A stretch of DNA of 45,231 bases from Kiritimatiellia bacterium (GCA_034178815.1 JAXFQS010000077.1:1-45231), one strand, 5' to 3'. Counted from the stretch's first letter, positions 1 to 9,335 are shown. Notes: generated by a model from the sequence alone, not told the origin. A program made the numbers and translations.

Positions 1-59
1 CTGAACTAGACCACAATATATTGTGCCGAATCCGCATTTCACCCCTATGCCAGGCAAGC

Positions 60-251
60 GGTCAACCCACTGCCCCCGCCCTCGCCGGCGAAGCCCTAGC
101 GTCCGATTGCGCCGAGTGCCAGAAGGCAGACCCTAAGATACCAACCCAGTCCTCCTCGACCTACCTATCTTGGGGAGCCGCTGGAACCCACCTTGGAGGG
201 GGAGCGATACCCACCTCCGCCCCCGGCAGGTTGCAATCTCATGCCCCTATC
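60..251. repeat. Degenerate 23-bp box repeats (GGTTGCAACCT type); phased core at 183-251
   Basis: Three units start exactly 23 nt apart: ggaacccaccttggagggggagc (183), gatacccacctccgcccccggca (206) and ggttgcaatctcatgcccctatc (229). A related out-of-phase copy lies at 60-82 (ggtcaacccactgcccccgccct). Boxes ending CCAACC/CTACC lie at 137-146 and 156-165. Confidence 0.5.
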
Positions 252-298
252 CGCCGGCTCCCGACTGCTGGAGGAACGACGCGCCGTAGGGTTTCTGC

Positions 299-327
299 TT
301 GATTTTTACGAGGCAGTTACCTATAAT
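299..327 (+). promoter_or_regulatory. Putative sigma70-type promoter of psd
   Basis: -35 TTGATT (299-304), 17-nt spacer, perfect -10 TATAAT (322-327). It ends 30 nt upstream of ATG 358, and an AAGG lies just before that ATG. Confidence 0.45.
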
Positions 328-357
328 ATCGACTTTAGGATTTTAACAAGGTTCTTT

Positions 358-1023
358 ATGAAAATTATTTCTGACGGTTGGGCGTGGATACTCGTGCCGC
401 TGGCGTTGGGAGGGGTCTATTGGGCGCTCGCGAAACAGTTCGGTCTACCAGGCGGGGTGATTTGCCCCGTAGCCGCCGGCTGCGTCATCTTCTCCCTCTT
501 TATGGTCTGGTTCTTCCGCAACCCTGAGCGCATTGCTCCGACGGGCGAAGGCTTGATTGTTTCGGGGGCCGAAGGCACCGTCCGCGCCGTCGAGACCATG
601 CCCCCGGATGAAGAGTTCTTCGACGGACGCCGCCCCGTGCGCGTGAGCGTCTTCCTATCCCCCCTCAATGTCCATGTCAACCGCTGTCCCCTCGCCGGAA
701 CTGTCCGCAGACTGGCCTACCGCGAAGGGCGTCACCTGCTGACCATGGACGAGCGTTCCGCCTTCTACAACCAGCACTCCATCATACTGATTGACGGCGA
801 CGATGGCACCCGATGCCTCTGCAAACAGATTACCGGGCCCATCGTCCGGCGCGTCGTTTATTGGCTCGCCGAACGCCAGCATGTCGAGCGCGGGGCGATA
901 CTCGGTATGATGAAATTCGGTTCGCGGATGGATGTCTGGCTGCCCGCCGACGAGGTCGACATCCTCGTGCGCCCCGGCGATAAAGTTCGTGCCGGAGAGA
1001 CCATCATCGCCAAGCGAAAGTAG
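358..1023 (+). CDS. psd: Phosphatidylserine decarboxylase proenzyme (short form)
   Basis: Frame of track ORF 193..1023. From ATG 358 there are two TM helices, then FFRNPER, LSPLNVHVNRCP and the FGSR Gly-Ser self-cleavage site of pyruvoyl Psd enzymes. The 193-357 extension is Pro/Gly-rich and overlaps the promoter-like site. Confidence 0.85.
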   Translation: MKIISDGWAWILVPLALGGVYWALAKQFGLPGGVICPVAAGCVIFSLFMVWFFRNPERIAPTGEGLIVSGAEGTVRAVETMPPDEEFFDGRRPVRVSVFLSPLNVHVNRCPLAGTVRRLAYREGRHLLTMDERSAFYNQHSIILIDGDDGTRCLCKQITGPIVRRVVYWLAERQHVERGAILGMMKFGSRMDVWLPADEVDILVRPGDKVRAGETIIAKRK

Positions 1024-1032
1024 GGTGCCGCC

Positions 1033-1797
1033 GTGAGTGATCTCTCCCGCAAGTGCCGTCTGAGCGTTGTCAACTTCATCACCACCGCCGCCCTCGTCTG
1101 CGGGTGCGTCAGCATCATCGCCGCGGCACGCGAAAACCTCTATCTGGCCGCACAACTCATTATGGCCGGAATGATTCTCGATGGGCTCGACGGTACCTTC
1201 GCCCGCCTCCTGAAAGCCGAATCACCCTTCGGCGCGGAACTCGACACCTTCGTCGACATAACCTGCTTCGGCGTTGCCCCCGCCTTGCTCGTCTACTTCG
1301 CCTCCCTGCACACCTGCGGCGTCTGGGGAATCATCCTCACCACCGCCATCATTATGTCCGGAGCGATGCGCCTGGCGCGCTTCAAAGTCGTCGACACCGA
1401 CCACGGAATGGGCGGCTATACCGGTATGCCAATCACCGCCAACGCCGGTCTTCTCGCCCTCGTCGTCTTGCTCGACCAGAGCCCCATCTGGGAAAACCCC
1501 GTCGCCGCCTGGCAAGTGCGCCCATCCTGGTTCAATATCACCGAAGGCCCCTTCGCGTGGGCTTTCTGGATCAACTGCGCCATAGGCCTCCTGCTACAAG
1601 TTTCCACCTTCCGTTACGGCAAACTCACAGCCCACCCCATCGGTCAGGCTATTGGCGTCGTGATGTTCCTCGGGCTCTTCATTACGCCCACAACCGCGTT
1701 CGTGGCCACCGTCTTCTGGTTGCTTCCCCTCGGGCTCTACTTCCAGTACCTCCAGCCCTTCGTCACAGCCTACTGTTCGAAAAGGACCAAACAATGA
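1033..1797 (+). CDS. pssA: CDP-diacylglycerol--serine O-phosphatidyltransferase (CDP-alcohol phosphatidyltransferase family)
   Basis: Exact DG-x2-AR-x8-G-x3-D-x3-D motif (DGTFARLLKAESPFGAELDTFVD). Polytopic membrane protein. GTG start 10 nt after the psd stop. Confidence 0.85.
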   Translation: MSDLSRKCRLSVVNFITTAALVCGCVSIIAAARENLYLAAQLIMAGMILDGLDGTFARLLKAESPFGAELDTFVDITCFGVAPALLVYFASLHTCGVWGIILTTAIIMSGAMRLARFKVVDTDHGMGGYTGMPITANAGLLALVVLLDQSPIWENPVAAWQVRPSWFNITEGPFAWAFWINCAIGLLLQVSTFRYGKLTAHPIGQAIGVVMFLGLFITPTTAFVATVFWLLPLGLYFQYLQPFVTAYCSKRTKQ

Positions 1798-2675
1798 GAA
1801 CCCACCTTGCATCCCTTGCACTGCTTCTCCTCCTGACTGCCGGTTGCTCCACCCTTGACCCGACCGCCAAGCCAGAACCAGTCCGTCACGCACAGGACTC
1901 CTTCCATATCGGTTTTGCCGGTTTCACCTTCGTCCGAGTCGGACTCGATAAAGCCATCGACACCCTCAAAGAGATGGATGTCCACTACCTTTGCGTCAAA
2001 GACTTCTTCCTCCCCTTCAAAGCCTCCGACGACGAAGTCGCCGCATTTAAAAAGCGGATGGCTGATGCCCAAATCACCCCCTACGCCATTGGACCGATTT
2101 ATTCCTCAACCAAGGAAGAGATTGATCGGGACTTCGCCTTTGCCCAAAAGTTGGGCGTCAACCTTATCGTCGGCGTACCAGTCTCCTACAAAGGAGGAGT
2201 AAAGGATTGGAGCAAGCAGGAGCCCAATGCCGCCCTTATCGACTATGTCGAACAGAAGGTCAAAGAAACCGGGCTTCGCTATGCCATCCATAACCATGGG
2301 CCCGATGGTGCCCCCTATGCCACCGCCAATGAACTGTGGGGCTACATCAAGGATAAAGATGCCCGGATTGGCTTTTGCCTCGATATTGGTCACAATGCCC
2401 GTTCCAACGAAGATCCTTGGACTGCGATTCGCCTCTACCGCGACCGTATCTTTGACATTCACTGGAAGAATATCACAGTATTCGCCAAATCCGGACATAG
2501 CCTCCCAGCCTCCCGCGGCAAACTCGACTACACCCAGTTTGTCAAGGCTCTGCGCGAGGTCGGCTATACCGGCGTGCTGGCCCTTGAATATGAAGCCGAT
2601 ATGGGCGATCCCTATCGCGGCATTGCCGAATCGATTGGCTATCTGCGTGGCATTCTGGACGCGACCGTCCGCTAG
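1794..2675 (+). CDS. Lipoprotein; sugar phosphate isomerase/epimerase (xylose-isomerase-like TIM barrel)
   Basis: ATG 1794 overlaps the pssA stop (ATGA). Signal peptide plus lipobox LTAGC. IHNHG, LDIGH and ALEYE motifs are typical of the AP_endonuc_2/TIM-barrel family. The upstream part of track ORF 1053..2675 is an Arg/Pro/His-rich alternate frame of pssA. Confidence 0.75.
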   Translation: MRTHLASLALLLLLTAGCSTLDPTAKPEPVRHAQDSFHIGFAGFTFVRVGLDKAIDTLKEMDVHYLCVKDFFLPFKASDDEVAAFKKRMADAQITPYAIGPIYSSTKEEIDRDFAFAQKLGVNLIVGVPVSYKGGVKDWSKQEPNAALIDYVEQKVKETGLRYAIHNHGPDGAPYATANELWGYIKDKDARIGFCLDIGHNARSNEDPWTAIRLYRDRIFDIHWKNITVFAKSGHSLPASRGKLDYTQFVKALREVGYTGVLALEYEADMGDPYRGIAESIGYLRGILDATVR

Positions 2676-2735
2676 CCCCTCACCGCCCCTCACAAGGCCT
2701 GAGGAGCCCTCAAACCGAAGGCATTCTCACATCTG

Positions 2736-4406
2736 ATGTCCCGCCGAAGTCGTGTATTTGCAGCCCTAGCCGCTATCGTGGCTGGGCTCTTGCCCTTGGC
2801 GGCATTTCCCCCGTTCGGCGGTGCCGACTTGACGGCCTACCTGCAAACGATTGACCGCCCGACGAACGCACTTCCGCTCCCGGGTGATGCTACCATTTGC
2901 TGGATTGCTTGGGTTCCCCTGATTCTACTGGTACGCAGGGTTGCTCCGAGAAGAGCGTTTCTTTTGGGGTGGCTGGCGGGCACCGTACACTGGCTTTTCT
3001 CGCTTCATTGGCTCCTAGCGCTCGCCCACAACGGCGGGCCCTTCATTCTCGTTCTACTCGGCGAAGTAGCCTTATCCGTCTACCTCGGGCTCTATTGGGG
3101 GCTCTTCGCACAGGCGGATGCTTTTCTGCATGGTCTTGCCCGGGATCGTCCGCTGCCGACTACCGCCGCCCACCTCGCCGAGCCCTTTCTATGGATTGGC
3201 TGTGATTGGCTTCGTTCGTGGCTACTGACTGGTTTCCCCTGGAATCTTCCCGCCGTTGCACTCTCCCCGGCGCATCCACTTGCCCAGACGGCAGCGTTGG
3301 GAGGCGCGATTGCGGTGTCTTGGCCGATACTTACCGCGAATGGTCTTGTCGCGACGCTTCTTGATCGGTTTGGTCACACGCTATTCCGACGGCCATTACC
3401 CCGCTCGGGCTTGCAAACACTCGTGCCGCTTGCCGTCTTGCTTGCCCTCCAGTTCTATGGTCTCAACTATCTCCGCTCGGTCAACCGTCTCTATGCCCAG
3501 GCTCCCACCACGCGAATCGCCTACTGTCAAACGAACGCCGCCTGCAATCCCCAGCGACAAACTGCCGAACTAGCCGACCGCTTCGAACATCTGCTGCAAC
3601 AAGTCCGCCATGTTTCCGTGCTGCACCCCGATCTAGTCCTTTGGCCTGAGAGTGCCCTCTTCTACGCCCTGCCGCAGACTTATCCCACCTCGCTTGCGAC
3701 CCGTGCGGCGACCATCGCAAAAGCGCCGATCCTGACGGGGTGCGCCCTCGTCGAAGGACAGTCCTTCTACAATTCCGCAGCCCTGTTTCGCCCCGGAGAC
3801 ACCACTTACGCCGCCATTCGCCACAAGCGCCATCTCGTCCCCTTCGGCGAATATATTCCGCTTGACAAAACCATTCCCTGGCTCCAACGCCTTGTGCCGA
3901 CCGGTGCGTCCTGCAGCCCGGGCCACGATTCAACTCCTATCGACATTCCCCTTAAAGAGCGTCCCCCCCTGCGCCTAGCCCCGCTAATCTGCTACGAGGA
4001 CATCTACTCCACACTCGCCCGGGATGCCGCCCGCCACCAGGCCAACATCCTTGTCAACCTTTCCAATGATAACTGGTTCGACGGCTCCTGCGAGTTACGC
4101 CTCCACCTGGCGCAAAGTGCCTACCGTGCGGTCGAAACCGGCCTTCCGCTCTTGCGCGTCTGCAACGGTGGAGTCAGCGCCGTGGTCACGCCGGCAGGGA
4201 GGGCTACGCCGTGTACGAGCGATGGTACCCGTCTGGAAGGTTTTGCCGCCAGCGGTGTTTGGACCGTGCCCTATCTACAGACACCGCCGCGCACGTTTTA
4301 CAGCCGATTCGGCAACTGGATTTGCGCCATTCCGTCCGCAATTTTACTCCTCGTGACCTTACTTTGCTCCTTGAGGCACCCGCTTCCCCCTCCCGAAGGG
4401 AAGTGA
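2736..4406 (+). CDS. lnt: Apolipoprotein N-acyltransferase
   Basis: Multi-TM N-terminal half followed by a C-terminal CN-hydrolase domain. Glu/Lys/Cys triad contexts are WPESA, HKRHLVPFGEY and LICYED. Confidence 0.85.
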   Translation: MSRRSRVFAALAAIVAGLLPLAAFPPFGGADLTAYLQTIDRPTNALPLPGDATICWIAWVPLILLVRRVAPRRAFLLGWLAGTVHWLFSLHWLLALAHNGGPFILVLLGEVALSVYLGLYWGLFAQADAFLHGLARDRPLPTTAAHLAEPFLWIGCDWLRSWLLTGFPWNLPAVALSPAHPLAQTAALGGAIAVSWPILTANGLVATLLDRFGHTLFRRPLPRSGLQTLVPLAVLLALQFYGLNYLRSVNRLYAQAPTTRIAYCQTNAACNPQRQTAELADRFEHLLQQVRHVSVLHPDLVLWPESALFYALPQTYPTSLATRAATIAKAPILTGCALVEGQSFYNSAALFRPGDTTYAAIRHKRHLVPFGEYIPLDKTIPWLQRLVPTGASCSPGHDSTPIDIPLKERPPLRLAPLICYEDIYSTLARDAARHQANILVNLSNDNWFDGSCELRLHLAQSAYRAVETGLPLLRVCNGGVSAVVTPAGRATPCTSDGTRLEGFAASGVWTVPYLQTPPRTFYSRFGNWICAIPSAILLLVTLLCSLRHPLPPPEGK

Positions 4407-4550
4407 TTTAGGGCAAGAGGTTGGAGGAAATCCCCTTCGTACGCGCTTTTCGCTTGAAATCCAACCCGTTCTGACTGATAATATCTCTGCGAAAAGGGAG
4501 TCGCACGACCCACTCCGGCAGACCACCGGTCACCCAACCTGAGAGCACCT

Positions 4551-5495
4551 ATGGACATTCAGAACGCAGCCCAGACACTTGAGAAAATCCGCACTGAAGT
4601 CGCCAAGACCCTAGTCGGGCAGGAGCGCCTACTCGACCACCTGCTTATCGCGCTCGTAGCCGAAGGCCATATCCTGCTAGAAGGCGTCCCCGGGCTTGCC
4701 AAAACCACCGTCGTGCGAGCCCTCGCCCAAGCCCTCGGACTCCAGTTCCAGCGCATCAGCTTCACCCCCGACCTTCTCCCCGGTGACATTGTCGGCACCC
4801 TCGTCTACAACCAGAAGGCCGCCACCTTCGAGCCGAAAAAGGGGCCGGTTTTTACCAACCTCTTGCTGGCAGACGAAGTAAACCGTGCACCCGCAAAGGT
4901 GCAATCTGCACTACTCGAAGCTATGCAGGAACGCCAGGTCACCCTTGGCGAGACCACCTACCCCCTCCCCAAACCCTTTCTCGTAATGGCCACGCAGAAC
5001 CCCATCGAACTGGAAGGAACCTACCCGCTCCCAGAAGCCCAGACCGACCGCTTCATGCTCAAATGCCTCGTCACCCATCCCTCGCGAGACGACGAGCGCC
5101 GCATTATGAACCGCTTCACCCGCCCCCAAACCATAACCCCATCGACTGTCACCACACCCGAAGACCTCGTCGCCCTGCGCCAAACCTTCCAAGAAGTCTA
5201 TTGTGACGAGAAAGTCGGTGACTACATCCTCGACATCGTCTTTGCCACCCGCGACCCCAACCGAGCCAAATACATCCGCCTCGGAGCCTCGCCACGCGCC
5301 ACCATCAACCTCAACCTCGCCGCCCGCGCCAATGCCCTCCTCCGCGCCCGTGCCTACGCCACTCCGCAGGATGTGAAAGACATTGCCCACGATGTCCTCC
5401 GCCATCGAATCGCCCTCACCTACGAGGCGGAAGCCGAGAACATCACCGCCGACACCCTCATCGACGATATCCTCAATACCGTCCCCGTTCCCTGA
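4551..5495 (+). CDS. MoxR-family AAA+ ATPase
   Basis: Walker A GVPGLAKT and Walker B LLADEVNR. AAA_3/MoxR-type C-terminal lid. Confidence 0.9.
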   Translation: MDIQNAAQTLEKIRTEVAKTLVGQERLLDHLLIALVAEGHILLEGVPGLAKTTVVRALAQALGLQFQRISFTPDLLPGDIVGTLVYNQKAATFEPKKGPVFTNLLLADEVNRAPAKVQSALLEAMQERQVTLGETTYPLPKPFLVMATQNPIELEGTYPLPEAQTDRFMLKCLVTHPSRDDERRIMNRFTRPQTITPSTVTTPEDLVALRQTFQEVYCDEKVGDYILDIVFATRDPNRAKYIRLGASPRATINLNLAARANALLRARAYATPQDVKDIAHDVLRHRIALTYEAEAENITADTLIDDILNTVPVP

Positions 5496-5509
5496 TTCCC
5501 CCGCCGCGC

Positions 5510-6388
5510 ATGGATACCGAAGAACTGATGCGCCAGGTCGGGCGGATCAAGATCCTCACCCGCAAACTTCTCGACGAACGCCTAATCGGCGACTACCACT
5601 CCATCTTCAAAGGACAAGGCGTCGAATTCGACGAAGTCCGCCCCTACGAGCCGGGCGACGATGTCCGCCAAATAGACTGGAATGTCACCGCGCGGATAGG
5701 CACCCCATACATCAAACGCTTCTGCGAAGAGCGCGAGTTGACCGTCCTCTTCCTCGTCGATGTCTCGGGCTCCCAAGCCTTTGGAAGCGCCTGCCAGACC
5801 AAACAGCACCTGGCCGCCGAAGTCGCATCCCTGCTCGCACTGGCCGCCATCCAAAATCAAGACAAAGCCGGGCTCATTCTCTTCGCCGACACCATCCTTC
5901 ACCGCCTAGCCCCCAGACGCGGACGCACCGCCGCTCTTCGCATTGTGCGCGAAGTCCTCGCAGCCCAGGCAACCGGACGACAGACTGACCTCGCGGGCGC
6001 CCTTCGCTTCCTCGACCGCGTACAGAAACGCAAAGCCCTCGTCTTCATCCTCTCCGACTTCCAATGCGATGGTTGGGAAGATCCCCTACGCATTCTCTCC
6101 CGCAAGCACGACATCATCGCCTGCCCCATCAGCGCACCGGCGGAGAGTGATCTCCCCAATGTCGGGCTCGTCGAACTGCGCGACCCTGAGACTGGCGAAG
6201 TGCAACTCGTCGACACCTCCTCAAAGCAGATTCGCGAAGCCTTCCAGACCGCCGCCCGCGCCGATTCAAGCCGCCTCACGCAGACCTTTCAAGCCGCCCG
6301 AATCGATGTACTCCCGCTCTCCACCGAGCGTCCCTACCTAGATGATGTGCGCGCCCTTTTCGTGCAACGCCGAGCCCGCCGGAGGTGA
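5510..6388 (+). CDS. DUF58 (vWA-like) protein, MoxR partner
   Basis: DUF58 signature YEPGDDVRQIDWNVTAR followed by a vWA-like fold. Lies 14 nt downstream of moxR. Confidence 0.85.
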   Translation: MDTEELMRQVGRIKILTRKLLDERLIGDYHSIFKGQGVEFDEVRPYEPGDDVRQIDWNVTARIGTPYIKRFCEERELTVLFLVDVSGSQAFGSACQTKQHLAAEVASLLALAAIQNQDKAGLILFADTILHRLAPRRGRTAALRIVREVLAAQATGRQTDLAGALRFLDRVQKRKALVFILSDFQCDGWEDPLRILSRKHDIIACPISAPAESDLPNVGLVELRDPETGEVQLVDTSSKQIREAFQTAARADSSRLTQTFQAARIDVLPLSTERPYLDDVRALFVQRRARRR

Positions 6389-6394
6389 TTTGTC

Positions 6395-7300
6395 ATGCTG
6401 CTGTCCTTTTTGCTTCCCCTCCTGGCGACCGTCAACCTGCTTGACCAACCCGAGTGCACCCTTACCCTCAAAGCGCCCGATGCCATCGACCCATCCAAAG
6501 ACACCCTTGTCGAATTGGTCTGCCGCACACCGACCAATACGACTGTCCACATCCTTGACCTCGACGACCGTTGGCAAGGATTCGCCCAGTGCGAATCGAT
6601 TCCTCCCCAACGCCGCATCGAGGGAGAGGTTGCGGTTGTCTCCACCCGACTGCGCTTGACGCCGAAACCGACCCCGCCTTATCGCTTGGCCCCGTTCGTA
6701 TTGGAGGCCACCACCCCGTCCGGGAAGCGTGAATACGCCACCGCCTCCCACCGCTTCGCAATGAAGCGACTCCCTGATGCGCCGACGACGCCGTGGGAAC
6801 TAGACCGCACGCCTATTTCCGTTGCGGTCGGCTGGCAGGGGATTCTACGATACACCCTCTATGTCTTCACATTCGCCCTTCTGGCCCTGCTCTTCTGGCG
6901 CCTCTCCCGAAGCCTTCGCCGGCGGGTTTCAGAGGCGCACTACACCCCTGCACAGAGGGCTTTGGCCGACCTCGAACGGCTCTTGGCTCAGAACCTTCCG
7001 ACGCGTGGAAGAGTCAAGGACTTCTATATCGGTATCACGCGCATTGTCCGGCAGTATATCCAGCGCACGACTGGCATACGAGCCACAAACCAGACTACCG
7101 AAGAGTTCCTCCTCAGTGCCAAGGAGCACGCCATTTCAAAGACCATCACGCAGACGCTCGGAGCCTTCCTCCACGCTGCGGACTTTGTCAAATTCGCCCG
7201 AGCCCAAGCCACGCCAGAGGATATCGATCGTGCTGTCGAAACGGCTCGCACCTTTATCGAATCCGACGAGCGCGAACGCCAATCCCAGGGGCAGTCGTGA
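6395..7300 (+). CDS. BatD/DUF4381-like membrane protein
   Basis: GGAGG at 6381-6385. N-terminal signal and beta-rich ectodomain, one TM helix (LYVFTFALLALLFW), and a C-terminal ...TTEEFL...AADFVKFA... segment resembling DUF4381, which commonly follows MoxR-DUF58. Confidence 0.55.
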   Translation: MLLSFLLPLLATVNLLDQPECTLTLKAPDAIDPSKDTLVELVCRTPTNTTVHILDLDDRWQGFAQCESIPPQRRIEGEVAVVSTRLRLTPKPTPPYRLAPFVLEATTPSGKREYATASHRFAMKRLPDAPTTPWELDRTPISVAVGWQGILRYTLYVFTFALLALLFWRLSRSLRRRVSEAHYTPAQRALADLERLLAQNLPTRGRVKDFYIGITRIVRQYIQRTTGIRATNQTTEEFLLSAKEHAISKTITQTLGAFLHAADFVKFARAQATPEDIDRAVETARTFIESDERERQSQGQS

Positions 7301-7890
7301 AGCCGCTAATCTGCATTGATTTCGACGATGTCCTTACCGAAACGGCACGGGCGCTGGCGTTGCTCTCAGGGCAACTTTTCGGGACGCGCGTAGCCTACCA
7401 AGAGATTGGATGTTTTGATTTGGGCGTGGCATTCGGGCTGGATGCGTCTCAACTGGAGACGCTGATGGAACGGGCGCACGAGGCATCTTTCTTGGAGGCC
7501 CTCGAACCGGTTTCCGGTGCCATCGAGGCATTGCGTGATCTGTCCGGGAAGGCTGATATCGAGATTGTCACGGGGCGTCCGCCTATCTGTCACGAGGCTT
7601 CGCGCAAATGGCTCGCGAGGTTTGACCTCGACCTCCCGGTTTTGCATATCGACAAGTACGGCAGATTCCCCAAAGGCACGCCGGAGAGCCTATCCGTCGA
7701 GGCTTTCGCCGCGCGCCCTTACCGGGTGGCGGTGGATGACTCCCCTATTGCCTTGAAGCAACTCGCAGCCCGGCGGAATTGCTCCGTATTTGTTTTCGAC
7801 CGTCCCTGGAATCTTGCGTGCGAACTGCCTCGTTGCAGGCGGGCGGCTAATTGGTCAGAACTGCATCCACTGGTACTCGAACTGCTATGA
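7297..7890 (+). CDS. HAD-superfamily hydrolase, 5'(3')-deoxyribonucleotidase-like
   Basis: GTG 7297 overlaps the upstream stop (GTGA). N-terminal DxDxV motif (CIDFDDVLTE). About 197 aa. The upstream part of track ORF 6793..7890 is an alternate frame of the previous gene. Confidence 0.55.
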   Translation: MKPLICIDFDDVLTETARALALLSGQLFGTRVAYQEIGCFDLGVAFGLDASQLETLMERAHEASFLEALEPVSGAIEALRDLSGKADIEIVTGRPPICHEASRKWLARFDLDLPVLHIDKYGRFPKGTPESLSVEAFAARPYRVAVDDSPIALKQLAARRNCSVFVFDRPWNLACELPRCRRAANWSELHPLVLELL

Positions 7891-9281
7891 ACTCCCTATC
7901 GCTCGACTCTCTTTGTGCGTGGTATTGCGACCATCTCGACGAACTGACGCACGCCTATCACGAACTGCTCCGATTCCCGACCATTGGCGCCGACCCGAAG
8001 CGGCTGGGGGATTGCGCCTCTTGCGCCGCCTGGTTGAAGCGCTACCTCCGAAAGATGGGGTTCGAGGTGGAACTGGTGCAGTCTGAACTTTCGGCTCCAC
8101 CTGTACTCTATGCCATCCGGAAGGGATCTGCTCCTCAGACGGTTCTGCTCTATGGGCACTACGATGTGCAACCGCCGGATCCCGAATCGGAATGGGAGAC
8201 GCCGCCCTTCGAACCAACGCGCAAATCAAACGGCCGCACCTATTGCCGCGGGGCGCAGGACGACAAAGGGCAGTTCTTCGCGGCTTTGTCCGGATTCCAG
8301 GCGGCGATTGACTCGGGACAGTCTGTCCCGACGCTTAAAGTGGTGCTGGAAGGTCAGGAGGAGAGCGGCAGTGGAGCGCTTACCGCCTTGCTCTCTTCGC
8401 CGGAGTTTTCGCGCGACCGGCTTGCCGCGGATGTGCTGCTGGTCTGCGATACGGGGGAGCACGCTTCGGGGCGCCCTGCAATTGTCGCCGGTCTGCGCGG
8501 AGTGGTGCATTGGACGGTCTCCCTTGAGGGGCCTTCCTACGATCTCCACTCGGGACTGCATGGCGGGCTGGCTCCGAATCCGGCGCAGGGGATGGCGCAA
8601 CTTCTATCTTCACTCTACGAGCCATCCGGTCGCGTGGCGGTCGCTGGGTTCTACGACACCGTGAAGGCTCCGACGGAACGGGAACTGGCCTTGGCCGAGG
8701 AAGTTCCGTTCGATGCGGAGGCCTACCGCCAGACTTGCGGCTGTCCCCCCGTCGGGGGGGAGGCGAATTGCTCGCCGGTCATGCGCAACTCGTTTCTGCC
8801 GACGCTGGAGGTCAACGGGGTGCATTCGGGCTACGGCGGGCCGGGCTCTAAGACGGTCATTCCGTCGAAGGCCATCGCGAAACTCAGCATGCGCCTAGTG
8901 CCCAACCAGTCGCCCCAAGAGGTGCTAAACCTCGTGCTCAAACACTTGCAATCTCATGTCCCAAGAGGTTGCAAGGTGTCGTTCTCGGAGATTACAGGTC
9001 TTGAACCCGGTTTCCGCCTACCAATTGGAACGCCTGTCGACACCATCGCCCGCGAAGTCCTCACACGCATCGACCCGCGCGGGCCCGTCTACAAGTGGGA
9101 AGGGGCCTCCATCCCCGTCGTGGCGCGATTGAGGGCGGTCTCTGGCGCGGCTCCGTTGCTGGTGGGCTGGGGGCGGGAGGAGGACAAGATTCACTGTCCC
9201 AACGAATCGTTCGGCGACGACCAATTTCTCAAAGCCCTTCAGTGGGCCGCGCTCATCATCACCGAACTTGCCAAGGAGTAG
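7887..9281 (+). CDS. M20-family dipeptidase/metallohydrolase
   Basis: ATG 7887 overlaps the upstream stop (ATGA). Metal-ligand motifs HYDVQP, GAQDDKG and EGQEESGS. C-terminal RLVPNQ region typical of M20 dipeptidases. Confidence 0.85.
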   Translation: MNSLSLDSLCAWYCDHLDELTHAYHELLRFPTIGADPKRLGDCASCAAWLKRYLRKMGFEVELVQSELSAPPVLYAIRKGSAPQTVLLYGHYDVQPPDPESEWETPPFEPTRKSNGRTYCRGAQDDKGQFFAALSGFQAAIDSGQSVPTLKVVLEGQEESGSGALTALLSSPEFSRDRLAADVLLVCDTGEHASGRPAIVAGLRGVVHWTVSLEGPSYDLHSGLHGGLAPNPAQGMAQLLSSLYEPSGRVAVAGFYDTVKAPTERELALAEEVPFDAEAYRQTCGCPPVGGEANCSPVMRNSFLPTLEVNGVHSGYGGPGSKTVIPSKAIAKLSMRLVPNQSPQEVLNLVLKHLQSHVPRGCKVSFSEITGLEPGFRLPIGTPVDTIAREVLTRIDPRGPVYKWEGASIPVVARLRAVSGAAPLLVGWGREEDKIHCPNESFGDDQFLKALQWAALIITELAKE

Positions 9282-9335
9282 CCTTTCGGCCAGATTCCCC
9301 GCCTTTCGGCACCCGAAAAACAAGGAGCTTACCCC

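Noticed and set aside
193-357. Upstream extension of the psd ORF
   Set aside because: It is Pro/Gly-rich and not homologous to Psd. It also contains the box-repeat array and the TTGATT-17-TATAAT promoter-like site.
1053-1793. N-terminal 247 codons of track ORF 1053..2675 (Arg/Pro/His-rich)
   Set aside because: This is an alternate reading frame of pssA with non-protein-like composition. The real gene starts at ATG 1794 with a signal peptide and lipobox.
5012-5057. Box-like words inside moxR (ggaaggaacctacccgctcccag...)
   Set aside because: This is only a loose match to the degenerate consensus. It shares no exact words with the arrays and has no repeated GGT register. It is listed to show that the consensus alone is permissive.
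9281-9320. Direct repeat gcctttcggc x2 (9281-9290 and 9301-9310) and a small TTTCGG-cac-CCGAAA hairpin after the M20 gene
   Set aside because: The hairpin is a short, weak 6-bp AT-containing stem with no U-tail on the + strand. It is too little evidence to call a terminator or regulatory site.
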